In this document: one piece after another, positions 38,301-50,300 of the stretch
How the letters are laid out: each line of letters begins with the position of its first letter
Numbering within the stretch: position 1 is the stretch's first letter
Source: Verrucomicrobiales bacterium
Lineage (GTDB): Bacteria; Verrucomicrobiota; Verrucomicrobiia; Limisphaerales; JAYPEY01
Direction: 5' to 3'
Length of the DNA stretch: 64,000 bases
Assembly (NCBI GenBank): GCA_038126035.1
Contig: JAYPEY010000013.1
Span: 9,547-73,546 of the forward strand
Notes under the pieces: generated by a model
What the model was told of the DNA's origin: nothing
What the model saw: only the letters and a program-made list of their open reading frames with translations
Databases searched by the model: none
Program-made: the position numbers and the translations under genes

Positions 38301-41300
38301 CAGCGGCAGCGAAACCGGCGGCACGGCCGGCGGTGACACCCTGATGCTGGGCAACCTCAGCGTCAGCAACGCGCGCAGCTACATTGATGTGGAGTTCATT
38401 CCGACCGCGGGCAACACCCTGAACGACGCCTCGATTCTCGACGCCAACGCCGAGTTCAATCTCACCGGAACGGCGGCCAATGGCATGACCGTCAACGGCG
38501 CGCCCAGCAAGCTGGCCGATGGAACCTTCCGCTACTACGTCATGGGCATGAGCGGATTCGCGCCGGGTGAACTCTCCGTCGATTTTGTCGCCGACACCTT
38601 CACCGATTCCACCGGCATGGCCGGCGGCAACACGGCCTTCAGCCAGAAGGTCACCGTGCAGGGCGCCACGGCGAACGTGGTCTCACCGCTGCTCGGCGGC
38701 ACGGACGGACGCGATTCGGTCAACAATCGCGGTTATATCGAGGTCGTATTCGGCGCCACGGAAGGCAATGAGCTGGATCACACGACCATCGACGGCGATG
38801 AAATCGTCCTCAAGGACGCCGATGACAATGAGATCACCCTTTCCGCTCCGACCCGCGTCGGAACGACCGACGCCTATCGCTACGCCTTCTCCGACACCCT
38901 GACAGTCGGCGAATACACCATCGAGGTTGTCGCCGGCAGCTTCAGCGACGATGGGATGCAGACCAATCTCGGATTCACGGACACCGTTGTGTTGGAGGGC
39001 GCCACCGCCGGACTCGTCGATCCGGGAGCCGGCGAGACCGTGAATCGCGAGGATCTGGAAACCCGCGGCTACATCGACATCACCTTCAACCCGACCAACG
39101 GCTACGCGCTCGACGCCGCCTCCATCACTGACGCGGGTCAGGAGTTCACGCTCACCGGCGCCGGGGGTGAGAACATCATTGTGAACGGCGCGCCCACACA
39201 ACCGGGTGATCTCGCCGGAACGAACACCTTCCGCTACACCTTCGATGGCATCCTCAACGTCGGCGTGCTGTCGGTGAACTTCACCGCCGACAGCTGGCAG
39301 GACGCCGAAGGCAACATGGGGCAGGCCTCCACCGACCAGGTGAAGGTCATCACCCAGGCCGAATCCTTCTTCATCGAACTCTCCGGCGGCGTGATTCTCA
39401 ACGCGGGCGGACTCCTGGATGAACCGCTGATCGAACTGGCCGCCGAGGTCGTTCTGGAGATCGATTTCCAACGGACTGTCTTCAAGCTCGATTTCAACGG
39501 ACAGCTGAAGGTTTACAAGCTCGGCTCCGTCGGCGCCACAGCGGGTCGCTTCATTCTCGACATGAGCAATGAGCTCAGCCCGGATCCGCAGTTCTGGGGT
39601 GTGATGACCCTGGAGACCAACTTCAGCTTCCTGGAACGATTCGGCGTTTTCATGTTCGCCAAGGGCACGTTGCAGATCAATACGACCGAATTTGAAAAGA
39701 CGGAGACGCTGACCTTGAAGGGGCTCGGCCCGGGCGGATCCGACATCACGCGGACCTTCATGCTTCAGCCGCAGACCTTCCAGTTGGAGTTGCTGGCCCA
39801 GTTGCGCATCCGTGTGCCGGATTCCGACACCGACCTCTTCCGGTTGAATGGCGGCGTCTTCCTCAAGATCAATCCGCAGAAGTTTGAGCTCTTCATCACC
39901 GCCGAGCTCTCCTTCGGCATCGGCAGCGCGCAGATCACCTACGGCAGAGTCACCGGACTTCTTGTGATTGTCGCGGAACCCGACCAGCCGGGCGGAATCC
40001 CCGGCGTCGCCGGCCTGTTGAAGGTTGGAGCGGGCGCCGATATCGGACTTCCGAATGTCGAGCTCTTCTCCGCATCCGGATCGGTCACCGTGATGTTCAA
40101 CACCACGCTGCAGGACCAACGGTTTGAGATTCCGGAGTCGTTCCATGCGCTCCTTGGTCCGGACGATCCCACCGTCATCAATATCTTCAAGGCGGCGCCG
40201 ACCTTGGACGGATCGGAGAACACCGGAGCCACGGCGGAAGTCTACTTCTCGGTCACGATCGAGGCTGAACTGACCATCGGCGGCGTCCTGACCCTTACAG
40301 GATTCCTGCAGATCCAGGTGGCCGCCGGCGCTGGAGCCGCGGCCGGCGGCGCCGGCGGTCGATTGACCGTCAACGGCGCTGTCAGTGGCGAGATTGAACA
40401 CCTGGGCGCCATCACCGGCACCCTGAATTTCCACGTCTTCCTGGGCGCCAACACGGGAATTGTCGGCCGCGTGCACCTGACCCTCGGCGTCAATGGAATA
40501 CCAGGGGTCGATATCAATGGGCAGTTCCTGCTCGAATTGAACACCTTCGGAACGGACATGGATGTCGAGACGTTCGACGTCAATGTCGATGCCGAGGGCA
40601 ACTTCAACGGATTCAAGCGCGACGCCGACAACAATCTTGTCGTCACCACCGTAACCCTCAAGCCGGGCTTCCTGTTGATCATTCGGGGCGAAGTCGTCCT
40701 GGCCGACACCATCACGCTCGAAGGCTACTTCCTGCTGGAGATCCGACCGGACAAACTCGAGGTTCAGGCCTTCGCCCGACTCGAACTGGGGCCGATCGGC
40801 GAGGTCAAGGTGGTCGGTCTGCTGCGGATCGACGCAAGCGGCCTGGTGGCTCACGTCAGCCTGATGTTGGATGCCGGCATCGGCGGCGACATCGGACTCA
40901 AATTGACCGGGACGGCCCTCGTGGAATTCAATACGACCGGCAGCGCGCAGTCGTTCACCCTGCAAAATGGCGATGTCGTCACCGTCGATTCCGGTCTCCA
41001 CATCTTCATCATGGGCGCCGTCGACTTCCTCGGGTTGGCGAAGGGCAGCGGGTCGGTGGACATCCGGATCAACGCCTCCGGATTCAGTCTGATGTTCGAC
41101 GTGCAATTCGACCTTGCCGGACTGCAGTTCAAGGCCAAGGGCGTGGCCGCGGTCTATACCGACGCGAACGCGGGCCTTGTCCTCGGTCTTGCGGTCAGCT
41201 TGAGCGCGGATGCGGATATTTTCCTCATCGAGGCCAGCGGCATGCTGGAGATCAACACCACCGGCATTACACGGAACGGCATCCTGCCCGGATTCCTGCT

Positions 41301-44300
41301 CGACGTCAGCGGGAGGGTGGAACTGCTGAAAGTTCTCAAGTTCAACGCGAGCTTCAAGATCGAGGTTGGACGAAGGACCCTCGCCGACGGCACGAAACAG
41401 ATCGCGCCCGGATTCTGGCGATTCGACTTCTCCGCCATGATCGACTTCTTCGGCGTGTTCAACATCATGGGCAGCGGCTGGGTCGATTCCGATGGCAACT
41501 TCTCGGTCAAGTTGAGCGGCAATGTCCTTTTGGGAACCCGATCCTTCGGTCTGGAGGGCAACTTCAACTTCGAGGTCACCAGCATCAACCAGAAGGACGC
41601 CACCGGAAATCCGTACTACAAGTTCCACCTCGGTCTCAGCGCCGGCGTCAAGGCCTATGCCTTCGGTTTCACCCTCGCCAGTGTCAGCCTGGCAGCCGCG
41701 GTCGATGTCGAGGGCGCCGGTCGCCAACCGATCAAGTTGAGCGTCGAGTTCAAGATCAAGTTCCTGTTCTTCACCTTCCGGGCGACTGCACGGTTCAATA
41801 TCGGCTATATCGAACTGCCGAAACCGGTCTACCTCGCCGGGCAACCCGGAACATCAAAGGTGGTGTCCAGAACCTGGGATCCGAACACCGGCGGGCCTCT
41901 GGTGCTCAATATGGGCGACGTCCGCGGCAACTACCGAAACCTTGCCGACGGAGCTCCCGACGAGGTCGTGCTGGTCACCCAGACCAGCGGCGACAGCCGC
42001 CGCGGCACGCTGAAGGTCAATTCGCTCGGCCGCACCCGCACCTACGACAATGCCACCGACCTCCTGGCTGACATGGGCGGGGGCAACGACCAGATCTACA
42101 TCGACGACAGCGTCATGCTGCCCTTGCTCATCAATACCGGTGGCGGCGACGATGTCGTCGTCAACAACGGTTCCGGTACGGTCACCATTCTCGGCGGCGA
42201 CGGCGATGACTACCTGCAGAGCGACAGCGCCAACACGGTCCTGATCGACGGCGGCGGCGGCAAGGACTACGTCACCTACACCAATGACGCCGGCGGAGCT
42301 GTCGTCCGGGGCGGCAGCGGCGACGATCAGATCTTCGGCAGCAGCGGACCCGATACGATCCATGGCGATTCCGGCGACGACATCATTGTCGGCGGCGGCG
42401 GCGCTGACACGATCTACACAGGAACCGGCAGTGACGTGGTGAGACTGGACTCCTCTTCCGGCGGCACCGTGATTTATGCCGATGACGGCGGCGGGGAACA
42501 GGACTTCGTCGTCATCAGCGGAACGGATTCAAACAATACGATCGAGCTCAACCGCGGCGCGGGAGCCCGCCAGGTCGATCTGCTGCTCGACGGCGCCATG
42601 ATCACCGGCCACGGCGTTGAAGACTACACCATCGACGCGCGCGCCGGCGCCGATTCCATCCTCGTGGGCGACCTTTCCGGTCGCGGAGTGGAATCCATCA
42701 CCGCCAATCTTGGAAACAACTCCGCCAACATGGGCAAGATGATCGATGATGACGGATTCGAGGTGGCCAATATCGCCTTCTCCGACGATGGCGCGCGCGA
42801 TGTCATCACCGTCATGGGCAACAGTTCCAATGATCGTTTTGTCGTGTCGCCGGAGAATCCCAATGACACAACGCGTCTGTTTGAGGAATACCGCGTCACC
42901 CGTGAAAACAATTACCGGGTCAATGTGATCAACAGCAAACGGTCCGAGGGTGACCGGATCATTGTCGATGGCCAGGGCGGCAATGACTTCATCAATGCGG
43001 CGCCGTTGAACCGGGAGATTGTGAACGCCGACGATCCGCGTGTTCAGGACCTCGCAATCCTGGAGTTCCGCGGTGGCGACGGCCACGACCGTCTGATCGG
43101 CTCCCCGTTCAATGATGTGCTCGACGGCGGCGCCGGCGACGACACCGTGACCGGCGGGCTGGGACTGGATTCCTTTGCCGATGCCGGCGGTTTCGACACC
43201 CTCGACGAAACCTTCGATCACGACTTCGCGATCTTTAACAACTACTTCATCGTGGGCGATCTCCTGGGCGACACGGGCGATGCGGACTTCTCCACATCGC
43301 GTCCGCGCAGCGAGGACACCCTGAAGGATCTGGTCCGCGAGGAGGATCCCGACTTCAACTTCTTCAGCCGCGGCGACCGCTTCCGCGCCGGCGCCACGGT
43401 TGAGGAACTGCATGACATCTTCGACTACACCGTCCTCAAGGGCGGCGAGAGCAACAACACCATCGTCATCGGCGACATCGACGGAATTGTCTCGGTCGGT
43501 TCAACGAATCTGACAGTGACGCCGTGGCTCGGCGGCGCGAATCTGGACAACGGCCCGAACAACGAGAATCCCTACACCGAGTTCTACATTGTCAGTCTCA
43601 CGGGAACGGGCGCCGGCCGTGTCACCATCAACGACAGCGGGCTCCAGTCCGGCTTCGATCACGTGCTCGTCCGCGGCACCAACCAGCCCGACATCCTGAC
43701 TCTCGACGCGGCCGGGAGCGGCTCCTTCCGGACCGGAATCGTGACCTTCGGAGAGATCACCAGCCCCGATCGCGACATCCTCACCTTCCGCAATCTGGAG
43801 CGCGTCACGGTCGACACTTTTGCCGGCAACGATCGCGTCCTCAGCAATGACACCGCCCGCGTCACGATCATCAACATGGGCAGCGGTGACGACGAGATTC
43901 TCATCGGCACTGTTCCGCTGATTCCGGACAAGGGCAATCGCACCCTTGAGTTCCCTGAAGGCGTTCCGGTGGCTGACACCGAGAACATGACCAATGGCAA
44001 CTCGGCCAATCTGTATGTGCTCGGCGCCGACCAGAACGACCGCTTCGAGGTCAATCACAACAAGGCCAAGCTCTTCCTTCACGGCGGCGCGGGCAATGAT
44101 CGCTTCCTGCTCAAGACCTTCCTCGTGCTGAAGGAGGACGCCAACAATCCGGACGATGTCACCAACCTCGCCGCGCTCTTCGGCGGCGCCGGGTTCAATC
44201 GATACGAGTACCTCCAGAATGCCCCGGTCGAAATCAACGGCGGTCCGGGCATCGACACCATCGTCATCGTCGGTACGCCGATCGGCGACATCTTTGTCAT

Positions 44301-47300
44301 CACCGACCGCTATATCGCGGGCGCGGGCCGCATCGTCAACTTCAGCAACATCGAGGCCCTCGAGGTCGATGGCGCGGGCGGCCCCGACGAAATCTACGTC
44401 CTCAGCACGAGCGAGAAGTTCGAGACCTCGGTGGTCGGCGGCTCCGGCGACGATATCATTCACATCGGCGGCGACCATCCGCCGATCGTGTTCGACCCGC
44501 CGGCCTACACCTACACGCCGCCCCCGATCGAAGTGCGCCTGCCTCCCGAAGTGGAATGGGAGGACTTCATGTTCGATCTGAACGGGTTCAGCTTTGAGTT
44601 CTCGCTGGGCTTCTGGGACAGCATCGTGAACGCCTTCTCCGGCGGCGATCTCGCCCAACTCGCGGCCCGTCAGCTCCTGCAGGACAAGGTCAATGCCTGG
44701 GCCGCCGCCATGGAGAACACCCTGCCGTTCTTCCGCACCCTCGGCTTCGACATCAATTCCGCCCAGATCTCCGTGCGCCAGCGGCTGACCTTCTCGTGGT
44801 TCGTGCCGCGCACCAAGGTCGAGGTCCGCGTGAGCAACTTCCAGATCCCGTATCAGATTGGCGCCCTGGTCGAGCGCACCAAGCTCATCCAGCCGCCGTC
44901 CATCACCGTCGATCCGCCGCTCTTCGCGTTCAAGGACGACGCCTCGCGTGACATCGCCCCGATTCGCGGCCGCCTGACCGTCCGCGGCGGCGACCAGTTC
45001 GAGGAGGATGGCGACACCATCATCGTCCACAACCAGGAAGGTTCCTCGCTCCCCGGTTTCCTGCGGACGCGCACGACGCCGCGCATGATCCAGATGGGCG
45101 AGGACAACTTCGGCAATCCGATCTATGTCCAGGACAAGGACGAGACTGGCGCGCTCCTGACCGACACCTTCCGCAGCATCGAAGGCCTCGGCCAGTACGT
45201 GAACCCGGACACCGGCCGCCAGGCGCAGGATACCGTGGTCTATCATGGCATCGAGCTCGACGGCATCGAGATCGTCGAAATGCGCCTTGCCGATGGCAAC
45301 GACGACTTCACCATCGACGCCACGCCCGCCAACACCCCCGTCACCCTGCAGCCGGTGCAGGTCCGCGTGATCGGCGGCGCCGGCGACGACACCTTCCGCG
45401 TGAAGGAGATCAGCGACACGACGACGCTGCTCGGCGGCGCCGGCGACGACCAGGCCATCGTCCACAACAACAATTCCCTGAACACCATCGGCGCGCGCCT
45501 CATCTTCGACGGCGACGCCCACATCGACGAGCAGAGCAACCCCGTCCCCGCGGATCAGGAAGGCTTCGATCAGCTCCTCGCCAACTCGCCGAAGATCTTT
45601 TGGGAATCCGAACTGCTGGATCAGAACTTCACCGATGGCGCCGGCACCACCACGAACTTCTCCCTGCCGAACCTGCAGCCGATCATCTTCAAGAATGACG
45701 ACAACAAGGTTGGCCTGCGCGCCGCGGTGGTGAACCAGTTCGGCGAGGTCGTGGAGAACCTGGTCCATGAAAAGGGCGTCCAGAAATATGGCGTCCAGAA
45801 GCGCAATGCCTCCAACCAGTTGCTCTACTATGATTCCGACGGAGCCGAGGTGACCGAGAACACCGACGTGCCCGTGATCGTCCAGGTCGCCAAGGACTTT
45901 GTGGACGCGGCCACGGGCATTGCCGCCCGCCCGGTCTTCATCAATCGCGAGGGCCACGACGTGTTCATGGACAACACGGGTTACGGCCTCTTGGGCGAAT
46001 ACTACCAGAACCAGAATTTCGAAGGCACGCCCTACACCCGCGTCGATGATACGGTCAACTTCTTCTGGAACGACGGCCAGCCGCACGACAACCTGGGTCC
46101 GGACAACTTCTCCGTGCGTTGGACCGGCCTGGTGCAGCCCACCTCAACCGGGACCTATACCTTCTACACGAACACAGACGACGGCGCCCGCCTCTACGTC
46201 GACGGCAAGCTGCTGGTTGAAAAGTGGCTGGACATGGGCACGACCGAGCACTCGGGCAGTATCTATCTCGAGGCCGGCCGGACCTATGAGATCAAACTGG
46301 AGATGTACGAAAACCGGGGCGCGGCGACCGCCCAGCTCAAATGGTCTGGACCTGGCGTGTCCAAGCAGATCATTCCCAAGTCCCAGCTCTATCCGACCGT
46401 CTACCCGATCAAGTCGATCATCTCCGACTTCGAGAGCCCGGACGCCGAGTTTGTCTACCTCGACAAGGATGGAAACCGCGTGTTGGGCAACGAGGCCTAC
46501 CTGGCGGTCGATCGCACCGTTCAGACGCAGATTCCGTTCTTCTTCAACACCTTCTTCGGACGGTTCTTCCTCGGAACCTTCACGCAGAACATCACCGGCG
46601 ACTTCAATGTCTACGAGACCGCCGGACTGGTCGAGTTCGATCGCATCGATGTCCAGGTCAGCCTCGACGGCTCCGAATGGCGCAGCGTCAAGAGCAGCGA
46701 GCAACCCGTGATCCGGATCAATGGCGACCAGGATCTCGACGGCAACCAGTACGGTCGCTCCTATGACATCGGCGTCAGCGGCTGGGATCGCATCCGGTTC
46801 ATCAAGATTGTCGGAACCAACAGCGCCGTCGGCGGCTTCGATCTGGACTCCGTCGGCATCTTCCACTCATCCCCCGGTTCCTCGGTGTTCCCGACGATCA
46901 TCGTGAACTCCAAGGGCAGCAACCTCGTCAACGCCACCGGCGCCCCGAACGACAGCGGCGTGGCCTTGGGCGATACCCGCGAGATCATCTTCGCCGGCTT
47001 CGCCCCGTCGTTGATTCCGGTCCAGCAGATGCGCGAGACCGTCTGGACCCAGGTCGAAGACACCCACCAGACCATCACGCAGGATGCCGCCGGCAACGAT
47101 TACGTGGACACCATCATTGTCCACGATTCGGCGGACACCGCGGATGAGACGGGCGCCATCGAAGACTATGAGATTGCCGTGCCGGTTCTCGTTGACGGGC
47201 TGGTCGAGTATCACAACGGCGTCTGGGACGAGGTCAATGAGGTCGCGGTCGCTCCGATCGCCCGTTACTACGTCGGCGGTGAGCCGGTCCTGGATCCGTT

Positions 47301-50300
47301 CACCCGCGAACCGCTCGTCTACGTCGGCGGCGAGCCGGTTTTCGACGTGTTCGCCAAGATCATGGATGGAAGCGGCAAGTTGGTTCCCAAGCCGATCGTT
47401 GATATCAACGGAGTCCAGCTGGAACATGCGGCGGGCGATCCAGTCCTCCACTACGCCGGCGATCCAATCGTGCAGTTCTCCGGGGATGTCGTGCGCTATC
47501 TCGGCGGCGAACAGGCGCTCGAGGAGGACGGAACGCCGGTCTTCAACGCCGACGGTTCGGTGTTCCGCAAGGTTGGCGGACAGGTTGAGATCCACAGCCG
47601 TCGCGACCTGGTCTACAACCTGATCGATGAGACCGGCAAACAGGTCGAACTGGGCGAGATCTACACGCCGCCCACCTTCCAGAATGCCGGCCCGAACGAC
47701 ACCCTGAGCCTGCCGGTGACCAATGATTTCGCCTACGACCTGAAGTCCGACGACATGGTCTCGGTTGTGGTCATCGACGGCGGCAGAATCTTCCAGTTGC
47801 CCGCCGATGAGTTCAGCGTGAACGCAGCCGCCAACACGGTGGTTTTGACCGCCGCCCCCGCCTCCTTCACCGGCAATGTCACGGTCAAGCTGAGCATCGC
47901 CACCAAGGCCAGGCACGCGGCCGGCGATCCGCGACTCTACTTCGGCGACGAGGCCGTTCAGGTCGGGCAGCCCAAGGTCGATTCCATGGGCGCCCTGCAG
48001 ACCGACGAAAACGGCGACGTGATGCTCTACACCTCGACCTTGGATTCACGCGGTCGCCAGATCTTCCACAAGCGCGGCGAGCCCATCTTCCAGTTGAAGG
48101 CCGGCGTCGTCGGCAACGGCCCGTTTGAGACAGATGACTTCGAGGTCCTGACCTACGTCGGCGGCGAGCAGAAGCTGCGCCTGGGCAATGAGGCCGTCCG
48201 TTACGTCGGCGGCGAGCAGAAGTACTACACGAATCAGGATCCCCAGGAACAGACGGACGATTATCTCCGGATCGCCGGTCTGGGCATGACCCAGGACGTC
48301 CTGTTCAAGGGCTCGGACAAGGTCACCCTGCGCCTCGGTTCCGGTGACGACTCGTTCCAGGTCAAGAGCTCCGGCGTCAATGGCGACGACGCCGAGATCT
48401 TCCTCTACACCGGCGCCGGAAATGATGTGATCACCGTCCGCTCCGATTACCACTCCCTGGATCAAATCATCGGAACGATTCACATCGATGCGCAGGGCGG
48501 CGATCATAACGAACTCCTGATCAGCGACGCCCACGATACGGACGCCAATCCGGCGGGCGTCGTCACCGACAATTATGTCACCGGCCTGGCACCGGCGGAC
48601 ATCTTCTACACAGCCGACGGTGGTTGGTTCAAGAGTGTCTACGACGCCGGCGCGAAGAAGTTTGTCCCGTCGATCACGGTCTACGGCAGCAAGGCGGGCG
48701 ACACGATCGAGGTTCGCACGACCCGAAACAATCTCGCCGCCCGAGAGGTGACCGAGGTGAACGGTTGGGAAGGCGGCGACACCATCACCGTGACGCATCA
48801 GTTGCCTCGTTACCTGGTTGTGCGCGGCCACACCGGCGGGGACACCCTGAACGCCGAGGCTGCCCGCGTCGGCATTGAAATCTTCGGCCACGATGGCGAC
48901 GACACCATCACCGGCGGCAGCGGCCACGATGTTCTGGTCGGGGATGACGGCATCGACACCATTGTCGGCAACCAGGGCAATGACGTCCTGTTCGGCGATC
49001 ATGCCGTCATCGAGCGCGAGATGAACTTCAACCTGCAGTTGCTGCAGACGACCAATGACAACGATGGCGGTAACGACACCCTGTCCGGCGGCGCGGGCAA
49101 TGACGTTCTGTTCGGCGGGACTGCGGTTGACACGCTCAGCGGCGGCGTGGGTGAGGACATCCTCCTCGGCGACGGCGGCGAGGCCCGCCTGGAGTCCGGC
49201 ATCGTTGTTCGTGTGACCGCCTCGAACCACGCTGGTGACGGCGGCGATATGATCGATCAGACCGGTTCCGAAGGCGCCGATATTGCGTTTGGCGGCACGG
49301 GCAATGACAAGATTTACGGCGGTTCAGTGGACGCCAGCTCCGACATCCTCGTGGGCGACAACGGCGTGGTCGTCCTGAACGAGGCGGCCAACACCCCGGC
49401 GAACTTCGATATCTATACCCATGAGCCGACCTTTGGCGGCGTCGACACCATCGACGGCGGTCTGGGCGACGACTTCATCCTGGGTGGCTCCGGCGGCGAC
49501 GATGTTGTCGGCGTTGATGGCGACATCCTGACCGGCGGCCACGGCCGTGATGTGATCGTTGGCGACGGCGGCTATATCACTCGCGACGCCTCCGGCAAGG
49601 TCACCCAGATCGAATCGAAGGATGAAGGGGTTGGCGGCGACGACAAGATCGACCAGACCGGCGCCGGTGGAGCCGACATCGCGATTGGCGGCGCCGGCAA
49701 CGACAAGATCTACGGCGGCGAGACCGACACTGCGACCGACATTCTGCTCGGTGACAACGGCGTGGTCTACTTCAACGTCGGCGATGACGACTTCAATTAC
49801 GACGTCTCGACAACGGCCGCTTTGACGGGGGGGGGCGACACCGTTGACGGCGGATGGGGCAATGACATTGTCATCGGCGGCGCGGGCGACGACACCCTGC
49901 GCGGCGGACGCGGAGCCGACGCCATTCTTGGCGACAACGGTTACATCTGGCGCGACGCCGCCCTGAATGTGCGTCGCGTCGAGACGAGCGATCCGGAGCA
50001 CGGCGGAAATGACACCATTGACGAGACCGGATTCGAGGGCGCGGATGTCATCTTCGGCGGCACGGGCAACGACGATATCTATGGCGGCACGGCGACCGAG
50101 GGCGATGTCATGATCGGCGACAACGGCGTCCTTGCCGGCGGTTCGCCGCTGATTGTGCCGGACGCCAATCTGAACGGCGGCGTCGACGTGAATGACACCT
50201 ATACCAAGGACGGTGAGCACGGCGGGAACGACCGCATCTTTGGCAGCCTGGGACCGGACACCATCATGGGCGGCTCCGGTGATGACGATCTCTTCGGCAA

